From: a virus
Direction: 5' to 3' (one strand)
IMG/VR virus record: IMGVR_UViG_3300020438_000014
Span: 29,679 to 93,678 of that record
DNA: 64,000 bases
Of this stretch, positions 25,733 to 34,280 are shown one piece after another. A program made the position numbers and the translations under genes. The notes under the pieces are model-generated. The model was not told the origin of the DNA. It was given only the letters and a program-made list of their open reading frames with translations, and ran no database searches. The first letter of the stretch is position 1. Each line of letters begins with the position of its first letter.

Positions 25733-27451
25733 TCAGTGTTCGTGGTTTGGCTCGCATCTAGAGTATGTTCCTGCAAGGCTTGAGGTTGTGTGTATCTTAT
25801 AGTCGTTCTTAAGTCGTGTTCCGAAGGTTATATTGTATCCTTCTGTTGTTATTCCTGAAATAAGATGCGGGAGAAATTTTTCTTCTCCCTCAACTGTAGT
25901 GGATACAATTGGCGTCGATTCAAAGTTAATCGGAAAATTAATCCGATACGAAAAAGATCCAGCGCTAATGGGTTTAGTAAATCTTTGAATTTTATCAAGA
26001 AACATTGCTCTTTCATAGCAATCTGGGTCCCCCGTAGACATCGCTATAGTGTTTACTTTATAGTTATTGTCTGGAAGGGGGCTTGTAAAATTTATATTAA
26101 ACTGAGATTCTGTAAGTCCGGATATCATGAAAGGTATAATTACACCTCCTTTTTCATGTTTGACCGAAACAGATAAAACTGGAGCGCCATCAAAAGTTTT
26201 TGGGAAATTTATTAAATAACTATCCTTTCCTTCTCTGAGGGCAGTATTATAGCAAATCGTTTCATCTTCAGGCCCAGGATATACGTGACCCCACTCTCCA
26301 TATGCGTGGGTATCTACGTGGGTAATATAAGCATCTCCACTCATCGAAAGCTGAGCAAATGGATCTTCAGCGTTAACTCCAAAACTTCCTGATTTTGTTA
26401 TGGATATCGCTTCTTCATTCTCTGCAACGTAAAATCTTATTGACTTTTCTAAATCATTGTCCATTATGATTGACGCAGCTTTGCCTGTTTCCGAGGTCAC
26501 TCCGCTTACAAGAGGGGCAATGCCCGACCCTCCTTGCCTCTCCCATAATTCGTGCGCATTATTTGGGTTATATGCGGCGCCGCTCATGAGCATAAGTCCT
26601 GATTCTAGGTCTTCAAACCATCTGATACTTGATTCTTTTGAATTAGACGCTTTTAACTCTATTGAGTCTGGCTCAAATCTTAAAAAAGTGTGCGGCTGAC
26701 CGATTACGTTGTCTGGAAAAAATGTAGTAATACTTTCTTCATCAACTTTTTCAAAAAACTGTTCGTGCGCACGGTCATGATGGCTGAACATGTACTCTCC
26801 GAGCCTTATGTCTCCGTAAACTTTTAGTTCTGAGTGAAAAAAACCGTTTCCTGTTTGAGTTATATTTCCCAATCTTTTGGAGTCTCCCAGTAAATCAAAA
26901 TCACCTTTTTGAAATTGATCTCCAATAAAACTTATATCTCCTATATATTCTGAATTTCCATCAAGATGATGTTCCTTGCCATTTCTATAAGCGTCTCCAG
27001 TAATTTCTACCGAGCCGTGAAAAAAAGAATCTCCGTCTATTTCTAGGGTTTTTGTTATATCTGATTCTCTTAAAAAATATTTATCTCCAACGCCTATTTG
27101 TTCAAATAAACCTGTCTCTCCGACAAAAATATTTCCACTAATATCTCCTTGATGTGTTATGTCAATTATTTCGTTTATTCTTGTAGTACTAAGAAATGTG
27201 CATTCATCTACGAAAGTTTTTTCTCCACTGATTAACTGCTTTCCCGTTAGATATGCAACGTTGTCTGTGAGGGAAAATTTTAAATCTTTATATTTTATTT
27301 TTTCATTATGGGAGCCTGACCTCGCTAGAAGAAATAAAGCGTCCTCGTCCGCATTGAAAGTAACTAAAGCAGAACTTCTGAAGGGATACCCTAATTGATT
27401 AGAAGTTAGAGGAAGCGTCTCTGTGAGGTCTGAAATTCTTTTATTTGGCAT
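25733..27451 (-). CDS. virion structural/fibre-like protein, paralog of 23713-25731
   Basis: Shared RSGSHNEKI.Y.D.K.SL.DNV..LTG.QLISGEKTF N-terminus and FPKTF...PVLS C-terminal repeats; start ATG 27451. Confidence 0.65.
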   Translation of the reverse strand: MPNKRISDLTETLPLTSNQLGYPFRSSALVTFNADEDALFLLARSGSHNEKIKYKDLKFSLTDNVAYLTGKQLISGEKTFVDECTFLSTTRINEIIDITHQGDISGNIFVGETGLFEQIGVGDKYFLRESDITKTLEIDGDSFFHGSVEITGDAYRNGKEHHLDGNSEYIGDISFIGDQFQKGDFDLLGDSKRLGNITQTGNGFFHSELKVYGDIRLGEYMFSHHDRAHEQFFEKVDEESITTFFPDNVIGQPHTFLRFEPDSIELKASNSKESSIRWFEDLESGLMLMSGAAYNPNNAHELWERQGGSGIAPLVSGVTSETGKAASIIMDNDLEKSIRFYVAENEEAISITKSGSFGVNAEDPFAQLSMSGDAYITHVDTHAYGEWGHVYPGPEDETICYNTALREGKDSYLINFPKTFDGAPVLSVSVKHEKGGVIIPFMISGLTESQFNINFTSPLPDNNYKVNTIAMSTGDPDCYERAMFLDKIQRFTKPISAGSFSYRINFPINFESTPIVSTTVEGEEKFLPHLISGITTEGYNITFGTRLKNDYKIHTTSSLAGTYSRCEPNHEH

Positions 27452-27503
27452 GGCAAGTCTTTTATAAATACACTTAATAAGGCAAAAGTGTGTAATAGGT
27501 TTA

Positions 27504-28622
27504 ATGGCTAAATGCACTCCTACAAGATTGACCTATGAGCGACTGGGTATTCTGGCGACAGACTTTCCTGGCTACAAGGCAAACGGAACTACATCTGGAA
27601 ACTTAATAAGAGTACAATCTATGGACTATGGGTTCAATCATCCTGCAGTAGATATAAAGTCTATTGGCTCTGACTCTTTTATGCAACAAGATGGAGAGTC
27701 TCCTATTATCAGAAACGCTGATGTGGAATGCAACATAGAGTATTTATTCTCGAGTGGGGAAAATGAGAAATCATTAGGAATTCATGTTGGTGAAGATGGA
27801 AGTATTCTGAAATCTAGGTTTGATGCAAATTATTCAAGATCTTCTGATGATATCAACATCATTGCCGTCGCATCAAACGAAGGGCTTCATAGAGACTTGA
27901 GTAATGAAATTAACTATTCTGGATATCACGTTATTGGAATCGGCAACTGTTTTTTGACAAACTATAATTATACCGCTGCTGTAGGACAACTTCCAAGGGT
28001 GTCTGTTTCATTTAAAGGAAGCAACATGACTTTTGAAACTTATGATCCAGAAGAACTTCCTACCCTGCCGTCAATAAAGCTTGGAATGGATAATCAAAAA
28101 TCAGAAGAAAAACTAAACTTAAATGAAGAAAGTTTTGGGTACGACATTGTTCCTCAAGCAAACGTTATAATGCCTGGAGATATAATGTTAAACATTCAAA
28201 AAATGGCGGGAGGATACGGAGGAATACCATTGGAAGCTGAAGATGCTGCGATTCAGAGCGTTTCGTTAAGCGTTCCTATTGACAGGCAGGATATATATGG
28301 ATTTGGAAGTAACTATGTTTTTGATAGAAAATTAAAATTTCCTATTATGGCTGATATGTCAATGGATGTAATTCTTAGAGAATACGATACTGGCTCAATA
28401 GAATCTTTTTTTACCGAAGGCGCCAAGTATAATATGACTATTGATCATACTAACAGATATAAATATAGTGGTCAATATCATGATGTAGTGAATCAATTTG
28501 TTATAGAAAATGCGCAACTAAGAAGTCAATCTTACAAAAAGCAGATCGGTGGGCAAGTAGAAGTATCCACTCAATTTGCAGTAGGAATAAGCTCTTCTGG
28601 TGGATTCAAGATTTTGGACTGA
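27504..28622 (+). CDS. tail-tube-like protein (paralog of 28681-30120)
   Basis: RVQS..Y.F, IGIGNCFL.NY...A.VG.LP..SV, IQS.S.S.P..R......G motifs shared with the next gene. Confidence 0.65.
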   Translation: MAKCTPTRLTYERLGILATDFPGYKANGTTSGNLIRVQSMDYGFNHPAVDIKSIGSDSFMQQDGESPIIRNADVECNIEYLFSSGENEKSLGIHVGEDGSILKSRFDANYSRSSDDINIIAVASNEGLHRDLSNEINYSGYHVIGIGNCFLTNYNYTAAVGQLPRVSVSFKGSNMTFETYDPEELPTLPSIKLGMDNQKSEEKLNLNEESFGYDIVPQANVIMPGDIMLNIQKMAGGYGGIPLEAEDAAIQSVSLSVPIDRQDIYGFGSNYVFDRKLKFPIMADMSMDVILREYDTGSIESFFTEGAKYNMTIDHTNRYKYSGQYHDVVNQFVIENAQLRSQSYKKQIGGQVEVSTQFAVGISSSGGFKILD

Positions 28623-28626
28623 AGCG

Positions 28627-28658
28627 AAAAAAACCCGCCCCTTTTGGGGCGGGTTTTT
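28627..28658. terminator. bidirectional intrinsic terminator
   Basis: AAAAAAACCCGCCCC-TTTT-GGGGCGGGTTTTT between convergent genes. Confidence 0.92.
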
Positions 28659-28680
28659 AAAGTACCTTATAGAGTAATTT

Positions 28681-30120
28681 TTATTGACCAAATGGAGGTG
28701 AGCCAAGATCTTTGAAGTCGAACTTGTTTGCGTATTCTCCTGTAATTGTCAATGCGTTTCTTGACCCAAGAACCCTTAGTCCTCTTGCATCATCCTCTGG
28801 GCCGCCGATTTGAGCGGTAAAGGTAAGGTCAACTGATTTGTTATCTCCAATGCTTGAGCTAAAGGATTCTCCTTCAAGAAGTGCTCCTTTAACAATGTAT
28901 TGCATTGCTACATCTCCGGTTCCATAGCGATCTGGCTCGCGAAGAGTGAAAACCAAGTCGTGCTCTTCTGTGTCCCAAAGAAGATCTGCAATATTGCCTT
29001 CTTTTAGGTCTGCCATGATTGCGCTAACACTAACGCTGATATTTACTGGGTATTCTACTACTCGGCTGTATCCGTATGGTGTTCCAAGTCTGTTGAGAAC
29101 AGTTCTCGAAAGTGGAACATCAATGCTAAAGCTTTGAACGTGTGCCGAACCTGGGGTTGTGTAGTCTTTGGCTGGATCGTCATTAACTCCCTGAGCAAAA
29201 GCTCCTGTTGCGATTTCAGATCCACCTACAGTTTCTCCATGTCCAACAGCGCCTCTTGGGTCACTACCTGGAAGAAGTTCAAATTCGCCAGCTCTTCCGT
29301 CTGTACCAAGAGAAAGCGTGATGTCTCCAGGACGTAAGCAAGCCCAACCTTCTGTTTCTGCAGAAACGTCTGTAGCGCTATCATTTAGTACGCCACTGAC
29401 CGCAGGAGGAATGCTGAATTCAACATCCTTAATTGGAGTTCCAAAATTTGTGTTTACCGCAGGAACATCAAGATTTTGTGTGCCTGTGTAGCTTCTAAGA
29501 TTTAAGCCGTCAACAGTAACCGAAGCTGTTGGCATCGAGCCAACTGAAGCTTCAATAGAGTAGTTGGATACATATCCATTTCCAAGAGCAATAACGCTCT
29601 TGTTTTCTTCTGAGTCTGTGTTTCCTACTGCATCGTGCCCTTCACATGTAGTGAGTATAAAAAAGTTTTTTCCGTCTGCATTTAAGTTTGCGCCGCAAGT
29701 TACGCCTCCAACGATTTCATCGTCAAGAGCGCTTTTGTCTCCGCCAACATGCATTCCTAGAAGTCTTTCATTAACTCCATTTGTGAGATAATAAGAAAAA
29801 TCAAGAGTAACTGTTGGGGGATCAATTGCTACAGCGTCAATTCTTGCAAGTTGGCCAAATTGATTGACGTCTTGCCTGTTAATAGAAAAGCTATAGTTTG
29901 CACTTTGAACCCGGCGAAGCTGTTGCACTCCTGTTCTGACGTTTCCTGCTCCTCCTGCGCCTGCTGCAGCTGCTGCTTGCGTGGCGTAGGATTGATAGTC
30001 TGAATCGTCATTCCAGTCAGTAGCGTTGGCGAAGTGGTGGCCTGTGGCATCCACTGTTCCAACATACAAAGCTTCACTTTGATAAATTACTCTTGCGCGT
30101 CCTGGTAATTGTTTTGCCAT
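28681..30120 (-). CDS. putative major tail (tube) protein
   Basis: Duplicated tube-like fold (RVQSANYSF.I.RQDVNQFG; VQSFSI..PL.R..L.RLG); position next to tail completion genes; strong terminator. Confidence 0.65.
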   Translation of the reverse strand: MAKQLPGRARVIYQSEALYVGTVDATGHHFANATDWNDDSDYQSYATQAAAAAGAGGAGNVRTGVQQLRRVQSANYSFSINRQDVNQFGQLARIDAVAIDPPTVTLDFSYYLTNGVNERLLGMHVGGDKSALDDEIVGGVTCGANLNADGKNFFILTTCEGHDAVGNTDSEENKSVIALGNGYVSNYSIEASVGSMPTASVTVDGLNLRSYTGTQNLDVPAVNTNFGTPIKDVEFSIPPAVSGVLNDSATDVSAETEGWACLRPGDITLSLGTDGRAGEFELLPGSDPRGAVGHGETVGGSEIATGAFAQGVNDDPAKDYTTPGSAHVQSFSIDVPLSRTVLNRLGTPYGYSRVVEYPVNISVSVSAIMADLKEGNIADLLWDTEEHDLVFTLREPDRYGTGDVAMQYIVKGALLEGESFSSSIGDNKSVDLTFTAQIGGPEDDARGLRVLGSRNALTITGEYANKFDFKDLGSPPFGQ

Positions 30121-30174
30121 AATAAATAAGGTTTAATTCTGTTCTGATTACATTTTTTATAAAGAAAAGGGAAG

Positions 30175-31020
30175 TCAAGATCTTGGAAAGCGCAAATTGC
30201 TAACTTCAAAATCTATGAATCCAACGAATAAAGATGGATCAATATTCTGATTTACTCTGTCGCTGAGTTTAGAAGCTCTTACTTGTTCTATGTGAAGAAA
30301 GGTTGAGGTTTTTTTGTCAGACAAATTTCCGTAATTGAATCCAGTTACATCTCCAAATTCATTGAGCGGATAATCTTCAAAATTTAATTTTTTAAATACT
30401 TCATTTTTAGAATCTGCAAAAATAGATAATGCTCCATCTAGTTGATAGCTATTTTCTGCAAAAACAACGCATCTTATATTTGTCGTGGTTTTATCTTCTC
30501 CTCCGAATGAAAATGGTTCGTTCTCTGCTAGTTCTGGGTTGATAAAAATTGCAGGAACTACTTGGCTGTATGGAGCAATGCCCGAAGGTTCTTGTTTGAA
30601 TCTGTTGTTAACATCAAATTTGCTGTCTATTAATAACTGCTCTTCTGTTTGATTTGTTATATAAAAATTAAAATCTTTTACAGCATACTCACCTGACAGG
30701 GTGTGCGAGTCTCCAAAAGATTGATCAAAAATTACTCTGCCGTTGTCAAAGTCAAACATAAGGCCGTCTTGCCCTCTTGGAATGAATGTTCCGTTTTCAT
30801 AAACTCCACTTGGTATAACTGCTCCTTCTACGTCTTCGTCAAAAATCCATTGTTTGTGTGGACTGCTGTAAGAAATATATCCATCGCTAAGTCTTGAGTC
30901 TGAGCTGTTTGCATAAAACATTCCGGTTTGATTGCTGAACGCGTCTGCCCTCGATGATATAAAATTATCCGCCCACAATGTAAAGCTTGTTGTTAGTTCA
31001 TGTTGAAATTGGGGTTTCAT
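30175..31020 (-). CDS. putative tail terminator/completion protein
   Basis: Position; PAIFI...N.PF.FGG.D motif. Confidence 0.5.
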   Translation of the reverse strand: MKPQFQHELTTSFTLWADNFISSRADAFSNQTGMFYANSSDSRLSDGYISYSSPHKQWIFDEDVEGAVIPSGVYENGTFIPRGQDGLMFDFDNGRVIFDQSFGDSHTLSGEYAVKDFNFYITNQTEEQLLIDSKFDVNNRFKQEPSGIAPYSQVVPAIFINPELAENEPFSFGGEDKTTTNIRCVVFAENSYQLDGALSIFADSKNEVFKKLNFEDYPLNEFGDVTGFNYGNLSDKKTSTFLHIEQVRASKLSDRVNQNIDPSLFVGFIDFEVSNLRFPRS

Positions 31021-31631
31021 TTTATTTTCATTGCTCCAGTTATGTTATTTAAATTCTTTTCAAATTCTTTGAGCATTGGCTTAAGGTAGGGTATCTTTAA
31101 TCTCCCCGAGCCTTTTGCGTCCTTTAATTGTATGCCTGCGCCAGATCTACTAGAGTCGACTCTCTTAAACAAATATTGCCCTAGCCCTGATATTCCCGCG
31201 CCTTCTATTTGCTCTAACCAGCTAGCTCCTTTTGCCCAAGGCATAGGAGAGGCGCTATAAAGTGCCGTCATTTGCGGAGTATTGACGCTAAATGTAGTAA
31301 GTAATCCCCTGGTTCCCATAGATTGTCTTTTTATTAAAATATTAGTTCCTCTTAATAATTTTTCTATGGGAGCAATGGGATTATAGTCTGCATCAAATCC
31401 TATAAATCCAAATACATTACCATTTCTAAGTGTCCCTGTTACGTTTGAAGCTCCTGGACCATGCTTTAATTCTCTGGTGAGGGGATGAGATTCAAAGTCT
31501 CCCATAAATTTATCAAACGCCACTCTGAATTGTTTTTCAACAACAATTCTTGTTTGATTTCTTACTGTCACATCTTTTTTTAGCTGTCTAGTAAGCGCAG
31601 CCTTAACAGTTATGTTTGACTTTCCCTTCAT
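31017..31631 (-). CDS. putative neck/tail completion protein
   Basis: Synteny; C-terminal PYL.P motif reminiscent of HK97 gp10-like proteins. Confidence 0.45.
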   Translation of the reverse strand: MKGKSNITVKAALTRQLKKDVTVRNQTRIVVEKQFRVAFDKFMGDFESHPLTRELKHGPGASNVTGTLRNGNVFGFIGFDADYNPIAPIEKLLRGTNILIKRQSMGTRGLLTTFSVNTPQMTALYSASPMPWAKGASWLEQIEGAGISGLGQYLFKRVDSSRSGAGIQLKDAKGSGRLKIPYLKPMLKEFEKNLNNITGAMKIK

Positions 31632-32089
31632 TGCTCTAGCGGTCTCAGGAAGATTGTATAAAATTGCACTTCGTCAAATAGTCCATGGGCTCTTGCGTCT
31701 GAAGCGATATGAAACATTCTTCCGTCAAGCTCAATTCTTTTTGCTTCTTTAATATAAAGAAAGTCATCTTTTAATAATTTTATTCTTACTAAACTACTTG
31801 GATCAACTCTTGTTGTCTTTATTTGTGCATCTGTCTCTCCAAAATTTTCTAAAGTTCTGTCTGTGTCATATCGAATTCTTGCTTTAAAAACTTTTCTTTC
31901 TGGCACATTTTTTACACTTGGCGTGGTTTGGCCTGCACTATTATATAAATGATTATAGCTTGGGTCGGTACTAATTACAACTTTTTTAGCTTCTTTATAT
32001 ACAACTATCTCTCTTCCGAATGTATCGTGAAGATCGAGTAGCTTTGAAGCCAAGTCTCTCCTTTGGGCTTTGTTTAAAAATTCTGCCAT
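31628..32089 (-). CDS. putative head-tail adaptor/closure protein
   Basis: Size, beta-rich pattern (F.ARI.Y; I..DG..F.I) and synteny. Confidence 0.5.
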   Translation of the reverse strand: MAEFLNKAQRRDLASKLLDLHDTFGREIVVYKEAKKVVISTDPSYNHLYNSAGQTTPSVKNVPERKVFKARIRYDTDRTLENFGETDAQIKTTRVDPSSLVRIKLLKDDFLYIKEAKRIELDGRMFHIASDARAHGLFDEVQFYTIFLRPLEQ

Positions 32090-32146
32090 GCATACATTTA
32101 CACTAAACGATTTTTTTTGTGTAAATCAAAATAAGGTATAAGGTAC

Positions 32147-32434
32147 ATGGACGCAGAAGACATTCTAAAAAAATGTTGTAATCGGAATACGGTCTCCCTT
32201 TTTAAGGGTTTTCTCGTAATGCTCGAGGATCTACATAAGGAACATCAGATTAATTTTAATAAATTAAAAAAGAATCTGCCTGAAGGTTGTGTGCCTATTA
32301 TTGAACAAGCCGATTATTTCGACAATGATAAATTACAATACTTAAGAAAAAGAACTTTAGATATTGGTAATGAAACAATTAGAAATATTGAATCGGAATT
32401 AGATTATTATAGTATAGGGTTCACATTTAAATAA
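32147..32434 (+). CDS. hypothetical protein
   Basis: ORF track; AAGG RBS-like sequence and GTGTAA motif upstream. Confidence 0.75.
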   Translation: MDAEDILKKCCNRNTVSLFKGFLVMLEDLHKEHQINFNKLKKNLPEGCVPIIEQADYFDNDKLQYLRKRTLDIGNETIRNIESELDYYSIGFTFK

Positions 32435-32442
32435 AAAATATT

Positions 32443-33252
32443 ATGGCAGAAGCAGCAACAGAAACAATGGATGATACTCGCAAAAAAATGCGAGAAATAT
32501 ATAGCTTTACTTTCGAAAAGGAAGAAAAGACAAAACAGACCGAAGAAAAGGTCGTCAAGAATGACGAGACAGGAGAAGAAGAAACCGTCTCAGTTACCAA
32601 GGACGTGGTAGAACCTGTTCCTTATAGGGTAATTATGAAACAGCCTACTCGAAGGCAGATCGAAGAGGCAGAGCTTGAGTTTAGCGTAGAAATTAGCAAG
32701 TGCATCAAGCGCGGAATTTTAACGAAGGCTATGCTTGCGAAAAAGTATAGCGACACAGGTGGGCTTCTGGCCGAAGAAGACGCCAAGGCTCTTACCGAAA
32801 TGTATATCAAGTACGGAGAGCTTTCTCAGGAAAGCGAAAAACTTCAAATCAAAAACAAGAAGAGTCAAGCCGACCAAAAGCGAATCGACGAAATCTCTGG
32901 GCAAATAGCCTTGTTGAGAAAAGACATCGTTAATGTCGAAACTTCGTATTCAAATTTATTTAATCATACTGCAGATGTGCGCGCAGAAAATAAGGTGATT
33001 CAGTGGTATATTTTACATCTAACGTTCATTCAAAAAGAAGATGAGGAAGACAGCTTACCTTTGTTTGCTGGTCAGAATTTTGAGGAACGTCTTAGAACAT
33101 ACTACGAACTTGAGGAAGATGGCGACGAACTGTATGATATCATTGGCGGAAAAGTTGCTGCTTTGTATAGCTTTTGGTATTACAGTTCGGGCGCCGTCTC
33201 CAAGCAAGACTTTGAACAGCTGGACTCTGACATAGAGGAAGGCAAGGTTTAA
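32443..33252 (+). CDS. putative tail assembly chaperone
   Basis: Acidic helical protein two genes upstream of the tape measure gene. Confidence 0.5.
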   Translation: MAEAATETMDDTRKKMREIYSFTFEKEEKTKQTEEKVVKNDETGEEETVSVTKDVVEPVPYRVIMKQPTRRQIEEAELEFSVEISKCIKRGILTKAMLAKKYSDTGGLLAEEDAKALTEMYIKYGELSQESEKLQIKNKKSQADQKRIDEISGQIALLRKDIVNVETSYSNLFNHTADVRAENKVIQWYILHLTFIQKEDEEDSLPLFAGQNFEERLRTYYELEEDGDELYDIIGGKVAALYSFWYYSSGAVSKQDFEQLDSDIEEGKV

Positions 33253-33255
33253 TAT

Positions 33256-34242
33256 GTGGACACTGTCAGGCGAAGAAAAATATTTAGAGATGTAGTCAGA
33301 GGATACTCTACTGCAACTCTGGATAATGAATTTGTTTACATCAAACATTTAACTCCTCACGATCAGGTAGAACTTGAGGAAATAGAGGAAAAGTATCACA
33401 ATGACGCCTTGAGAAGAGGCGTTCCAACTGAGGAGGATATGCTTATCTTTCTAAAAGATGAAGGGCAGTGGAGTGATGAAGACGATAAGTTTATAACAGA
33501 TAAGCAGTTCTTCATTGAAAGCTTGAAAACTGCAAAAAATAAAATGGTTCTCAAGCAAGAGATCGATAAGCAGGCTGAACTAATTGAGCAAGAAACCAAT
33601 GAGCTTGTTCAAAAGCAGGCACAAAAAATACAGCTTCTTGGTAATACTTGCGAAAAATATGCCAAAGATAGATTGAATGATTTTTATATGATTAAAAGTT
33701 TTTATAAAAATTCTGATTTAAGTGAAAAGCTTTTTTCTGAAAATGAATTTGATGAACTAGAGCATACTGATATAAAAAAAGTTGTTGTTAAATATAATGA
33801 AATATTTGAAGTATTTACCGAAGAAAGTATACAATATACAATACTAGAAGATTTTTATAGTCCTTATTTAAGTTTTGCTGAAGATAGTATGCAGTTTTAT
33901 GGAAAACCATTTTGTGAATTGACGTACAATCAAGTTAGGTTAATTGTTTATACTAGGGTATTTAAGAATATATTTGATACAAATGAAAATATACCAGAAA
34001 GTATGAAAAAAGATCCTGCAAAATTATTAGAATTTGGTAGTAGCTCAAAAGAAGAAAGAGATAAAGCTAAAGACAAGCTGTCTCAAGGTGACGCAGGAAC
34101 TCTCGTTGGAGCAAAAGATGAAGATTATGAATACCTTGGAGTAGAAAAACCGAGGGGTGGAGTAAGTCTTCATGAGGAGGCCAAAAAGAAGGGCGGCACA
34201 TTAAATATGGATGATTTAATGAAATTGCATGGCGTGATATAA
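33256..34242 (+). CDS. putative tail assembly chaperone (second)
   Basis: Immediately upstream of the tape measure gene; LT..Q..L..Y motif. Confidence 0.5.
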   Translation: MDTVRRRKIFRDVVRGYSTATLDNEFVYIKHLTPHDQVELEEIEEKYHNDALRRGVPTEEDMLIFLKDEGQWSDEDDKFITDKQFFIESLKTAKNKMVLKQEIDKQAELIEQETNELVQKQAQKIQLLGNTCEKYAKDRLNDFYMIKSFYKNSDLSEKLFSENEFDELEHTDIKKVVVKYNEIFEVFTEESIQYTILEDFYSPYLSFAEDSMQFYGKPFCELTYNQVRLIVYTRVFKNIFDTNENIPESMKKDPAKLLEFGSSSKEERDKAKDKLSQGDAGTLVGAKDEDYEYLGVEKPRGGVSLHEEAKKKGGTLNMDDLMKLHGVI

Positions 34243-34280
34243 TTTTGGTGTATTATACCTTATCACAGGAATAAGGTAAA

